The notes under the pieces were generated by a model, which saw nothing but the letters and a program-made list of their open reading frames with translations, had not been told where the DNA came from and searched no databases. DNA of 64,000 nucleotides from an uncultured Verrucomicrobiae bacterium (lineage in GTDB: Bacteria > Verrucomicrobiota > Verrucomicrobiia > Chthoniobacterales > UBA10450), in the NCBI GenBank assembly GCA_963756875.1, contig CAVWPA010000001.1, forward strand, positions 416,001 through 480,000, read 5' to 3'. Positions within the stretch are counted from its first letter, which is position 1. The number at the start of each line of letters is the position of its first letter. Positions 48,617 through 57,794 of the stretch are shown piece after piece. Both the position numbers and the translations under genes were made by a program.

Positions 48617-50152
48617 TCATGTCAGTTGAAATCGCGGGGTGCTCATCATCAGGTGGACGAGGCCGCGCATCGTTTCGTCGCTCGTGTCCGGGCTTCGCGC
48701 TTTGAGATATTCCACGAACGTGCCGGCTTCCTTATCCGGCAGGCGACTCTGAAAAAATCTCTCACTCAAAAAGGCGACCAGTTCCCGCGGTTTTTCCCTG
48801 AGCATGTCCGGAACGAGTTTGCCGATGTCGATCGGGTCGCGCCGAATTTGTTCGGCAAACTGGAGCCGGCGACGAAATCCGGGATCGACGCCCTTGCCGC
48901 GGTGCGGCGGGATTCGCCCCAACATGGCGTCGCCATTGATCAGGTAGTTCGCAAAGTTGTAGCGGAACAACAATGTCGATGTGCTGATCCACGCTTTCCC
49001 GCCGTCCCAGCCTTTGACGTTTGGCGGCGCGAAAAGAATCTGGCCCATCTGGCGCATGGCATTTTGGGCGACGATCGGTGACGGCAATTTCGTGTCGAGC
49101 AGCTTTGCCGTCTGCACAATGTATTGAACGGGGCTCTTGATTTGCGTCCGCTTCACGCGGTCCGAATAAAATTCCGCCGAGCTGAAAATTTCGCGTAGCA
49201 CGGGGCGGATTTCATAATTGTGCGAGCGAATGGCGCCCGCCACGGCGTCCACGACCTGCTGTGGCGGGTCGTCTTCAGCGAAGAACCGCCAGAGTTTTCG
49301 TCCAATAAATTGCGCGCAAGCCGGTTTGCTAACCAAGATGTCGATGATGTCGTCACCGTTCAACGCGCCGCTGCGGCCCATGAATGTTTTGTTTTTGTGA
49401 TCCTGCTGGAAAGGCGCGAAGCGAAACTGCTGCGTCGTATAATTGATCCGATATCCGGTGAAGGCGCGGGCCGACGCGCGAACATCCTCCTCGGTGTAAT
49501 TGCCGATGCCGACGGTGAAAAGCTCCATCAACTCACGCGCCCAATTTTCGTTCGGGTGCTCCTCGCGATTTTGCTGAAGATCGAGATAGATCATCATCGC
49601 CGGGTCGCGCGAGATTGTTTTGACCAGCGTCGCGAAGTTTCCAAAGGCATTACGACGCAGGGTGTCGTTTTGCAGCCACATCCAGTACGCGTCCTTCACT
49701 TTTTGCGCACTGGTCGCGAAATGGCCGTGCCAGAAGAGCGTCATCTTTTCCAGCAGCGGCGCCGGTCCGTTCATCATCCGTTCCAGCCACCAACGGCGAA
49801 GATCGAGGAAATTTTCGCCTTCCGTCATTCGCACTTCTCGAACCTTTCCCTGAAAATCCTGGGCCTCAGCCCTGGCGGTCTTGAGCTGCATCCGAATGGC
49901 GCGGATGTTGCGCGGATGCGCCCAGTCGGGCGGGGAGACTTGGGCGGCGTCACCGGTAAGCTCAACGAGTTCCCGCACAGCGACCGCGAGTCCTTTCTCA
50001 TGGGTCGCCTTCACCTCCGCCGGCGTTCCGCCGAACGCGGCGCGGTTCAAAAGATGAGCGGCGTCCGTTTCATCCCAATTTTGCCCTGACAACGGCGCGA
50101 GCACGCCGGATTGAACCGATGAAGTTCGGGGAAGTTGCGAGGACCTTTGCAC
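48617..50152 (-). CDS. DUF1800 domain protein
   Basis: HLLNRAAFG, EKMTLFWHGHF, PNENWARELMELFTVG, PPNVKGW. Confidence 0.93.
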   Translation of the reverse strand: MQRSSQLPRTSSVQSGVLAPLSGQNWDETDAAHLLNRAAFGGTPAEVKATHEKGLAVAVRELVELTGDAAQVSPPDWAHPRNIRAIRMQLKTARAEAQDFQGKVREVRMTEGENFLDLRRWWLERMMNGPAPLLEKMTLFWHGHFATSAQKVKDAYWMWLQNDTLRRNAFGNFATLVKTISRDPAMMIYLDLQQNREEHPNENWARELMELFTVGIGNYTEEDVRASARAFTGYRINYTTQQFRFAPFQQDHKNKTFMGRSGALNGDDIIDILVSKPACAQFIGRKLWRFFAEDDPPQQVVDAVAGAIRSHNYEIRPVLREIFSSAEFYSDRVKRTQIKSPVQYIVQTAKLLDTKLPSPIVAQNAMRQMGQILFAPPNVKGWDGGKAWISTSTLLFRYNFANYLINGDAMLGRIPPHRGKGVDPGFRRRLQFAEQIRRDPIDIGKLVPDMLREKPRELVAFLSERFFQSRLPDKEAGTFVEYLKARSPDTSDETMRGLVHLMMSTPRFQLT

Positions 50153-50159
50153 GTGTTCT

Positions 50160-50320
50160 TGCTCTTACTCTTGATCCTGCTCTTGCTCTTGCTCAGTCTG
50201 TGAATGGCAGAGCCGATTCAATCGTTCCATCGCACGATACCTTGATTCCGCAGGAAAGATCGATCGAAACGGCGACTTCCAGCAGAATGATCAAGAGCAT
50301 GAGCATGAGCATGAGCATGA
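50160..50320. repeat. Inverted hexamer tandem repeats
   Basis: (TGCTCT)n facing (GAGCAT)n. Confidence 0.75.
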
Positions 50321-50332
50321 GGAGGAGGTTGC

Positions 50333-51709
50333 TTGAAGTTCATTAACCTCACGCGTCACACGGAGATCGGTGCAAACTCATATTATATAGAGGCTGCCGG
50401 CCGGCGCCTGGTCCTCGACTGCGGCATGCATCCCAAATTCGAAGGCGAAGAGGCCTTGCCAAATTTCAAGGCAATCGCCGACCGGAAACTGGACGCGATT
50501 CTCATTTCGCATTCGCACCAGGACCACATTGGAACGCTTCCGGTGCTCATGCGGCGTCAGCCGGGCGCGCGCGTTTTCATGACGGAGCCGACGACCGAGA
50601 TCGGTGACGTTTTGCTGCACAATTCAGTCAACGTCATGACTCGCCAGCGGGAAGAGCTGGGCGCGACGTTGTATCCGCTTTTCACACACCGTGAGACAAA
50701 TCGCGCGACCGATCTCTGGCAACCCTGTTCACTGCGACAGCCGTACAGCTTGTCCGGTGAACGGGTGCGCGCCGCCGGAACGAATACATTGACTTTCGAA
50801 TTTTTCGACGCGGGCCATGTACTCGGGTCCGTCGGAATTCTGTTACGCGCGGAGGGTCGCACGATCTTTTATTCGGGTGACGTTAATTTTTCCGACCAGA
50901 CCGTTTCGCAAGCGGCCGTTTTTCCCGAGGAGAATGTCGATATCCTCATTATGGAATGCACGCGCGGCGACACGCCGATCCCGCCCGGATGGACGCGCGC
51001 CGGCGAGGAAGATCGCCTCGCTCGCGCGATCGACGATGCTTTTGCGCGCGGCGGTTGCGTTCTCATACCAGTCTTTGCGATCGGCAAAAGCCAGGAAATT
51101 TTTGCAATGCTTTACAAGTTTCGCCGCGAGAACTTGCTGCGCGATTTCCCGGTTTATATCGGCGGCCTGAGCGCAAAAATCACCCAGGTTTACGATCGGC
51201 ATGCGGGGATGGCGCGCCGGCAGTTGCGCCGACTGCAACTTCTGGGTGAGTTGCGACCTTTTGTTTTGAATGGACAAAACATTCACGACGCGCCCGCGCG
51301 CCCCGGCCGTGTTTATGCGCTTTCCAGCGGGATGATGACACCCAGGACGCTCTCTAATATTTTTGCGCGCCGCATTGTTCAAAATCCGCGGCATTCGATT
51401 TTTTTTGTCGGTTATGCCGATCCGGAATCGCCCGCTGGAATTTTGAAAAACACATTGCCGGGCGAACGCGTTTCAATAGACCCGGACGAACCTTCGCAGG
51501 CTCTGCGCTGTCACATGGAACAGTTCCAATTTAGCGCGCACGCCTCGCGCGAATCGATCGTGCAATACGTAAATCGACTGGCGCCAAAAAAGATCCTGCT
51601 CGTGCACGGCGATCCTCTGGCAGCGGAATGGATGCGCGCGGTTCTCAGTCCGGATTTGCCAAACTCCGAGGTGATCGTGCCGACACCGGGGATGGAGATT
51701 GAACTGTAG
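50333..51709 (+). CDS. MBL-fold beta-CASP ribonuclease
   Basis: LDCG, SHSHQDHIG, AGHVLGS, PVFAIGK, FSAHA, LVHGD. Confidence 0.92.
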   Translation: MKFINLTRHTEIGANSYYIEAAGRRLVLDCGMHPKFEGEEALPNFKAIADRKLDAILISHSHQDHIGTLPVLMRRQPGARVFMTEPTTEIGDVLLHNSVNVMTRQREELGATLYPLFTHRETNRATDLWQPCSLRQPYSLSGERVRAAGTNTLTFEFFDAGHVLGSVGILLRAEGRTIFYSGDVNFSDQTVSQAAVFPEENVDILIMECTRGDTPIPPGWTRAGEEDRLARAIDDAFARGGCVLIPVFAIGKSQEIFAMLYKFRRENLLRDFPVYIGGLSAKITQVYDRHAGMARRQLRRLQLLGELRPFVLNGQNIHDAPARPGRVYALSSGMMTPRTLSNIFARRIVQNPRHSIFFVGYADPESPAGILKNTLPGERVSIDPDEPSQALRCHMEQFQFSAHASRESIVQYVNRLAPKKILLVHGDPLAAEWMRAVLSPDLPNSEVIVPTPGMEIEL

Positions 51710-51784
51710 CGGCGCTCTATGAGCGCCGAATCACACATTGGTTACGGACGAAAATTAGTGCGACGGTCATAGACCGCCGCTACA
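51705..51784. repeat. GTAG REP pair
   Basis: TGTAGCGGCGCTCTATGAGCGCCG...CGGTCATAGACCGCCGCTACA. Confidence 0.88.
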
Positions 51785-51792
51785 GCGCGTGC

Positions 51793-52557
51793 ATGAAGAT
51801 CGCCTCCTGGAATATTAATTCTCTGCGCAGACGCCAGGATCGTCTTTTCGCCTGGCTCGAAAATTTCAAACCGGACATTGTTTGCCTGCAGGAAACGAAA
51901 TGCACGGATGAGCAGTTTCCCGAGCTCGCACTCCGATCGGCCGGTTACTATTCCGCCTACCACGGCGAGAAATCGTACAACGGAGTCGCAATCCTTTCGA
52001 AAGCGAAACTGCACGATGTGCGCCCGTCTCTTTGCGACGAAGTGGACGATCCGCAAGCGCGGGTAATTTCGGCGACGATCGATCATCTTCGCGTTTACTC
52101 GATCTACGCGCCGAATGGACAGGCGGTCGGCTCCCCGGCATTCGAATACAAACTGAAGTGGTACAGGCGACTGCGCGATTGTCTGGTCAACGAAGAAACA
52201 GCAAAACTGATTGTGTGCGGGGATTTTAACGTCGCGCCGGAAGATCGAGATGTGTACGATCCGGAGCTTTGGCGCGGCGCAATCATGTGTTCGGACTCGG
52301 AGCGTGCCGCCTTCGGGCAAATGTGCGGGATCGGCTTGCGCGACACGTTGAGACTTCATCATCCGGAGACCGGACTTTTCAGCTGGTGGGATTATCGAAT
52401 GCTCGGTTTTCCAAAAAATCGCGGTCTGCGCATCGACGCAGTGCTGGCCGGCGCCGAGGTCGCAAAAAAATGTATCGATGCGGGGATCGATCGCGAAATG
52501 CGCAAAGGGAAGGAAGCTTCCGACCATGCGCCGGTCTGGGCGGAGTTCGCAAAGTAA
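51793..52557 (+). CDS. xth: Exodeoxyribonuclease III
   Basis: SWNINS, LQETK, YNGVAI, GDFNVA, WWDYR, GLRID, SDHAPV. Confidence 0.95.
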   Translation: MKIASWNINSLRRRQDRLFAWLENFKPDIVCLQETKCTDEQFPELALRSAGYYSAYHGEKSYNGVAILSKAKLHDVRPSLCDEVDDPQARVISATIDHLRVYSIYAPNGQAVGSPAFEYKLKWYRRLRDCLVNEETAKLIVCGDFNVAPEDRDVYDPELWRGAIMCSDSERAAFGQMCGIGLRDTLRLHHPETGLFSWWDYRMLGFPKNRGLRIDAVLAGAEVAKKCIDAGIDREMRKGKEASDHAPVWAEFAK

Positions 52558-52560
52558 GCA

Positions 52561-52655
52561 AACGCCGAACGCCGAACGTCCAACGCCGAACATCGAACTC
52601 GGATTCTGAATTGGACGTTGGGCGTTGGGCGTTGGACGTTGGACGTTGGACGTTT
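52561..52655. repeat. Inverted heptamer tandem repeats
   Basis: (AACGCCG/AACGTCC)n facing (TTGGACG/TTGGGCG)n. Confidence 0.85.
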
Positions 52656-54509
52656 GTGAAGCGAAGCGACCATCTCCACGTTTTAAATCCGCCGCCCAGG
52701 CCGCTCATGATCTGGGATGGCGAATGCCATTTTTGCCGGCGGTGGATTGAGCGCTGGCGCGAGACCACGGCCGGCGATGTCGATTATGCGACCTATCAGG
52801 ATGCGGCCGATCGATTTCCGGAAATCCACCGAGGGCAATTCGAACGCTCTGTTGTTTACATCGACCCAGGCGGCGATGTCTTTCTCGCCGCGGAGGCCGT
52901 TTATCGGTCGTTAGGAACGCGATCTTCGCGCAAATGGCTGCCTTGGAGTTACGATTGTGTCCCCGGTTTCGCGGCAGTTTCCGAGTGGGCTTACAAATCG
53001 ATCGCTAGCCATCGCAAGACTGCTTCCGTAGTCACGCGGCTGTTTTGGGGCGACGATGTTCGACCGCCGACCTACTGCTGGGCGCGAGAATGGTTTCTGC
53101 GCGCGCTGGGCCTTATTTACCTGATCGCGTTCGTTTCGCTCTGGGTGCAGATCGACGGCCTCGTCGGAAGCGGCGGCGTATCCCCAGTCGGCCAATTTCT
53201 GGTGGCAGTGCGCGAGCAATTCGGCGCGCGCGCATTCTCGATATTTCCCACACTATTTTGGTTTAACTCGAGCGATGCGTTTCTGCATTTGATTTGCGGC
53301 GCCGGGGCCGTTGCGTCACTGCTCGTCATCTTTGGAATTGCGCGCATTTTTTGTCTCGTTGCGCTTCTTGTTTTTTATCTTTCGCTCACTGTTGCCGGCC
53401 AAACGTTTCTCAGTTTTCAATGGGACGGGCTGCTTCTTGAGACCGGGTTTCTGGCAATCTTTCTCGCGCCGCCGCGGCTTTGGCCCGGGCACGGACGCGA
53501 ACCACCGGTGTCGCGGGTGGGACTTTTTCTACTCAAGCTTCTGCTTTTCAAACTGATGTTCATGTCGGGCGTTGTAAAGCTGACCAGCGGTGACGATTCG
53601 TGGTGGAACCTGACCGCGCTCGATTATCATTATTGGTCGCAACCGCTCCCGACGATTTTCGCGTGGTACGCGGATAAGAGCCCGGAGTGGTTCAGGCATT
53701 TTTCGGTAGCGTTGTGCCTTGTCGCGGAGATCGTGGCCCCATTTTTCATCTGGGCGCCGCGCCGGCTGCGATTGATCGCGTGCGGGCTGTTAATCTTTTT
53801 GCAAATCGCCATCGCGATTACCGGCAATTACTGCTTTTTTAATCTGCTCACCATCGCGCTCTGTTTATTGCTGATCGACGACGCGCCGGTAGGGACGGCG
53901 CGACTCGCCGTCCTCGGCCCGCGCAGCGCGCGGCCCCTGCCAGAACAATTCTCGACCCTTGCGGCAGTTGCAGTGCTCGTCGTTACCCTGCCGTTGAATG
54001 CATGGCTGATTTTCAGCGCATTCAAGCCGGGCGCCGAACCGCCGGCGATCGTTCAAGTCGTCGAGCCGCTTCGGATTGTGAACGGGTATGGTTTGTTTCG
54101 CGTCATGACAAAAGATCGCGACGAAATTATCATCGAAGGCAGCGCGGATGGCATCGATTGGCGCCCATATGAATTCAAATGGAAGCCGGGCGATGTGATG
54201 CGCGCGCCGGGCTGGTGCGCGCCGCACCAACCAAGACTGGACTGGCAAATGTGGTTCGCTGCGCTCGAGTCACCCAGGCAGAATCCATGGCTCGTTGGTC
54301 TTGTCTTTCGTCTTTTTCAAAACAAGCCCGAGGTGATCCATTTGTTAAATGGCAATCCGTTCCCGAATTCGCCGCCGCACTACATTCGCGCGGAATTTTA
54401 TCGATATCGCTTTACTACGATGGAGGAACATCGAAAGACCGGCGCGTGGTGGAAGCGGCAGTTTCTCGGAGAATATCTTCCAGAAATTCCAATCGAAGCC
54501 GTCCGTTAG
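52656..54509 (+). CDS. DCC1-like thiol-disulfide domain fused to lipase maturation factor (LMF)
   Basis: WDGECHFC; FLSFQWDGLLLETGFL, HYWSQPLP, YEFKWKPG, PHQPRLDWQMWF. Confidence 0.9.
   Translation: MKRSDHLHVLNPPPRPLMIWDGECHFCRRWIERWRETTAGDVDYATYQDAADRFPEIHRGQFERSVVYIDPGGDVFLAAEAVYRSLGTRSSRKWLPWSYDCVPGFAAVSEWAYKSIASHRKTASVVTRLFWGDDVRPPTYCWAREWFLRALGLIYLIAFVSLWVQIDGLVGSGGVSPVGQFLVAVREQFGARAFSIFPTLFWFNSSDAFLHLICGAGAVASLLVIFGIARIFCLVALLVFYLSLTVAGQTFLSFQWDGLLLETGFLAIFLAPPRLWPGHGREPPVSRVGLFLLKLLLFKLMFMSGVVKLTSGDDSWWNLTALDYHYWSQPLPTIFAWYADKSPEWFRHFSVALCLVAEIVAPFFIWAPRRLRLIACGLLIFLQIAIAITGNYCFFNLLTIALCLLLIDDAPVGTARLAVLGPRSARPLPEQFSTLAAVAVLVVTLPLNAWLIFSAFKPGAEPPAIVQVVEPLRIVNGYGLFRVMTKDRDEIIIEGSADGIDWRPYEFKWKPGDVMRAPGWCAPHQPRLDWQMWFAALESPRQNPWLVGLVFRLFQNKPEVIHLLNGNPFPNSPPHYIRAEFYRYRFTTMEEHRKTGAWWKRQFLGEYLPEIPIEAVR
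53888..53941. repeat. GTAG REP inserted in frame in the LMF gene
   Basis: GGTAGGGACGGCGCGACTCGCCGTCC...GGCCCCTGCC, 54 bp; related to 59768-59819. Confidence 0.8.
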
Positions 54510-54545
54510 GGTCGACAATAATTGACTGTGCAGCTATAATTCGGC

Positions 54546-54764
54546 ATGCCGAAGGAGGAACAAATCGTTACCGAGGGCACCGTCACGGAAGTGTTGCCTG
54601 GCACGATGTTTCGCGTCGATCTGAGCGGACAGCGAAAGGTGTTGGCCCATATTTCCGGCAAAATGCGCAAACATTTTATTCGCATCGTGCCGGGGGACAA
54701 AGTTTCGGTGGAACTTTCGCCTTACGATCTGACCAAGGCGCGGATTATCTTTCGCGAACAGTGA
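54546..54764 (+). CDS. infA: Translation initiation factor IF-1
   Basis: [35 protein letters not shown]. Confidence 0.97.
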   Translation: MPKEEQIVTEGTVTEVLPGTMFRVDLSGQRKVLAHISGKMRKHFIRIVPGDKVSVELSPYDLTKARIIFREQ

Positions 54765-55004
54765 ACGCGCGCTCCGGCGCGGGATCGAACGTCGAACCGT
54801 TGCCTCCGGCTCCGTAGAACCTCCGGTTTGGAGAGAGACGTCGGAAGAACTGCGTTGATAACCGGCCCCCAACCCCAGGGGAGAAAGAGAAGCGCAGTCA
54901 GGGCGCGATTTCTGTTTCACCGTAAGAGAAGATTTGTTGGTGTGGCGTTTGCTCAAAGAGGGAGAGTGCGGATATTTGAGGCAAAAGAAAACCGGAGGAA
55001 TACA

Positions 55005-55355
55005 ATGGCTGAAGAACACAAAAATAAGGCGTCCTCAATGGGGGACGCGCAGAATAAATTCGAGAGCAGCAAGACACACGCGCGCAAAGCCGCCGAGGAT
55101 TTGCGGGACGCAGCCGGCGCGGTTGCTGGGGAGTATCGTGGCAAGGCGGAGCAGGCCTGGGGCGATGCGCGTGGCAAAGCCGAGCAAGCCTGGGGCGATG
55201 CGCGTGGCAAAGCCGAGCATGCCTGGGACGATGCCAGAACCCGTGTCCGCACGTTTCAGGAAGATACCGAGCAATACGTGCGCGAAAATCCGACGAAAGC
55301 AGTCTTTACCGCGCTTGGAGTCGGATTTGTTCTGGGCTTGATCTTCCGGCGTTAA
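55005..55355 (+). CDS. ElaB/YqjD/DUF883 family protein
   Basis: RBS GGAGG; YVRENPTKAVFTALGVGFVLGLIFRR tail anchor. Confidence 0.9.
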   Translation: MAEEHKNKASSMGDAQNKFESSKTHARKAAEDLRDAAGAVAGEYRGKAEQAWGDARGKAEQAWGDARGKAEHAWDDARTRVRTFQEDTEQYVRENPTKAVFTALGVGFVLGLIFRR

Positions 55356-55369
55356 TCGCAGCTTGCTGA

Positions 55370-55801
55370 ATGGCTGGCGAGACGATGCGATTCCGCAGTC
55401 GTGCGGGAGACGGCGGTTTGTTTAATAGCTTGTTCGCGCTAATCAGCGCGCTGTCCGGTTTTTTCCGGAGCCGCGCAGCACTGATTGCCAAAGAATCGAA
55501 GGCTGCCGCGATCCAGTGCGTCATCCTGGCCGTCTGCCTTGTGGCGGCGCTCATGCTTTTTGCTTTGGGGTATGTGTTTCTGGTCGTCAGCGTGATCGTT
55601 GGAATCGCACATGCGGCTCAGGTCTCCTGGACTTGGATCGCGCTGGCGGCGGCGGGCTTTCATTTTTTAATTGCGCTCTTTTGTCTGCTTATTGTGAGAA
55701 GTAAAATGACCAAGCCCATGTTTCGCGCGACATCGGCTGAATTAAAGAAGGATGCTGAATGGCTGAAAACTCTCGACGGAGCAAGTCATCCACGGAATTG
55801 A
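55370..55801 (+). CDS. YqjE/holin-like (DUF1469) membrane protein
   Basis: Two TMs, F..T..EL.KD motif; position after yqjD. Confidence 0.82.
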   Translation: MAGETMRFRSRAGDGGLFNSLFALISALSGFFRSRAALIAKESKAAAIQCVILAVCLVAALMLFALGYVFLVVSVIVGIAHAAQVSWTWIALAAAGFHFLIALFCLLIVRSKMTKPMFRATSAELKKDAEWLKTLDGASHPRN

Positions 55802-56151
55802 GCGACGAAGTCGATCGCTCGCGTGAACGTGTCGCGCAAGAACTGCGCAATCTCCGCGGCGAATTGGATTTGCCGAAACAGATCCGGAGGTCGTTTCGGC
55901 GTCAACCGGTTCTCTGGATCGCTGCAGCAACAGCCGTCGGCCTTGTCGTTACGGTCAGGCTTGGGCGGAGAAAAAAGCCTGAAGTATCAAGTAAGGAAGC
56001 CGGAAAAGCGGAAAACGCATTGCTTGGGGCCGGCTTCATTTTGGGTCTCGTGAAAATCGCCGCTAACCTTTTCAAGCCGTTCATCGTCAGTTTTGTGAGC
56101 GACAAGGTGGGCCGTTACGCGAGCCGCGAGCATTCCCGAAAGAGATGGTAA
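55759..56151 (+). CDS. YqjK/DUF3618-like protein
   Basis: EL..EVDRSRE coiled coil plus TM; third gene of a yqjDEK-like operon. Confidence 0.65.
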   Translation: MAENSRRSKSSTELSDEVDRSRERVAQELRNLRGELDLPKQIRRSFRRQPVLWIAAATAVGLVVTVRLGRRKKPEVSSKEAGKAENALLGAGFILGLVKIAANLFKPFIVSFVSDKVGRYASREHSRKRW

Positions 56152-56207
56152 GCTCATTTTGAGTTTACGAAGGAACCGCGGCGAATAATGATCCAGGCAG
56201 TTGCGCC

Positions 56208-57317
56208 ATGACTGCCGAGTCCAAAAACAAATCCGACGGGTCTTCGTCGGCGAGCTTCAGCCATGTCGATCAATATCTGGCGGTCGGGCAAAAGGCGGGC
56301 GCGTCCGACGTCCACCTTGGTGTAAATTCGCCGCCGATCTGGCGTTTGCACGGAACGTTGCAACCGATCTGGCCCGATGCGCCGGTTTTCACGAGCGAAC
56401 AAACATTGGCGCTGGCGGAAGGATTTCTCTCCGATTTGCACAAAAAGCAGCTGAACGAGCGCGGCGATACCGATTTTGCGTATGCCAATGAATTCGGCCG
56501 TTACCGGACGAGCGTGGTGCGGCAGAGGCTCGGACTTGAGATCGTCTTTCGCATCATTAATACCAGTGTGCGGACGATGGACGAGCTTGGCTTACCTCAA
56601 CATCTTAAGTTGCTCACCCGCTATCAAAACGGCTTGATCCTGGTGACCGGGTCGGTCGGCAGCGGAAAATCGACCACACTGGCTGCGCTGGTCGAGCAGG
56701 TGAACATGGAACGTCGCGAGCATATCATCACGCTGGAAGACCCCATCGAGTACGTGCTGGAACCGAAGAGTTGCCACATCACGCAGCGCGAAGTCCACAC
56801 CCACACGCTCTCATTTTCGGCGGCGTTGCGAGGTGCTCTCCGGGAAGATCCGGATGTCATCATGGTGGGAGAAATGCGCGACCTGGAGACGATTTCGCTC
56901 GCCATCACTGCGTCGGAGACCGGCCACCTGGTCCTGGGAACGTTGCATACCGGAAATGCGTCGCGCACGCTCGATCGATTACTCGACGTATTTCCGCCCG
57001 ATCAACAGGAGCAGATCCGCATCATGGTCAGCGAATCGCTGCGGGGCGTGATCAGTCAGCAGCTGATTCCGCGCATCGATGGAAAAGGACGGGTGCTCGC
57101 GCTGGAAACTCTAACCAACACACCCGCCGTGGCGAATGTCATCCGCGAAGCGAAAACGTACATGCTGCCCGGGATCATCCAGACCGGGAAGAAACAGGGC
57201 ATGCAGCTGATGGACGATTCCCTGGTCGATCTTTACAACCGCGGCTTGATCAGCGCCGAAGAGGCCTACGCCCGCGCAGAGCAAAAAGCCGAAATGCGAC
57301 AGCATCTGAAAATCTGA
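56208..57317 (+). CDS. pilT: PilT/PilU-family type IV pilus retraction ATPase
   Basis: GASDVHL, GSVGSGKSTT, EDPIEY, LREDPDVIMVGEMRD, GTLHT. Confidence 0.92.
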   Translation: MTAESKNKSDGSSSASFSHVDQYLAVGQKAGASDVHLGVNSPPIWRLHGTLQPIWPDAPVFTSEQTLALAEGFLSDLHKKQLNERGDTDFAYANEFGRYRTSVVRQRLGLEIVFRIINTSVRTMDELGLPQHLKLLTRYQNGLILVTGSVGSGKSTTLAALVEQVNMERREHIITLEDPIEYVLEPKSCHITQREVHTHTLSFSAALRGALREDPDVIMVGEMRDLETISLAITASETGHLVLGTLHTGNASRTLDRLLDVFPPDQQEQIRIMVSESLRGVISQQLIPRIDGKGRVLALETLTNTPAVANVIREAKTYMLPGIIQTGKKQGMQLMDDSLVDLYNRGLISAEEAYARAEQKAEMRQHLKI

Positions 57318-57788
57318 CCACGGATTACACGGATTTAACGGATGAGGAAAATAATTCATGAAGAGCTAAGCGGCATCATTATTGGCATCGCTATGGAGGT
57401 GCTCAATGAGTTGAAGCCGGGACTGGATGAAAAACTGTATGAGCGAGCTATGGCAATTGAATTGAAAAGGCGCGGCCATCCGATTTCGGTCCAGACCGCG
57501 TTTCCGGTTTTTTATCGCGGCGAACTAATCGGAAATTTGGTTCCTGATTTAATTGTAGATAATGCCGTAATCGTTGACCCGAAAGTAGCATCCAGCTTCA
57601 CCGAAGCGCACGTTGCTCAAATGATCGGTTATTTGAACATCACCGGGCTCGATCTGGCGCTCCTGCTAAACTTCAAGAATTCGCGCCTGGAATGGAAACG
57701 CGTTTTGCGACCGCGTGAAGCTGCCGGACAAATCGCCCCTGATCTTCATGGTTGAGTATGAATCCGTGATATCCGTGTAATCCGTGGT
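57317..57788. mobile_element. GxxExxY cassette bounded by 27-bp inverted repeats of three 9-mers
   Basis: 57317-57343 ACCACGGATTACACGGATTTAACGGAT matches the reverse complement of 57762-57788 at 25/27. Confidence 0.75.
57342..57755 (+). CDS. GxxExxY protein (PD-(D/E)XK nuclease superfamily)
   Basis: IIGIAMEV.NEL.PGLDEKLYE, PDLIV, AQMIGYL, LLLNF. Confidence 0.93.
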   Translation: MRKIIHEELSGIIIGIAMEVLNELKPGLDEKLYERAMAIELKRRGHPISVQTAFPVFYRGELIGNLVPDLIVDNAVIVDPKVASSFTEAHVAQMIGYLNITGLDLALLLNFKNSRLEWKRVLRPREAAGQIAPDLHG

Positions 57789-57794
57789 TCTGAA

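Noticed and set aside
52269..52655. N-terminal extension of the 746-aa ORF
   Set aside because: Overlaps xth and translates heptamer repeats; real start is probably GTG 52656
55370..55801. Holin as evidence of a prophage
   Set aside because: Part of a chromosomal yqjD-E-K-like operon; no phage genes nearby
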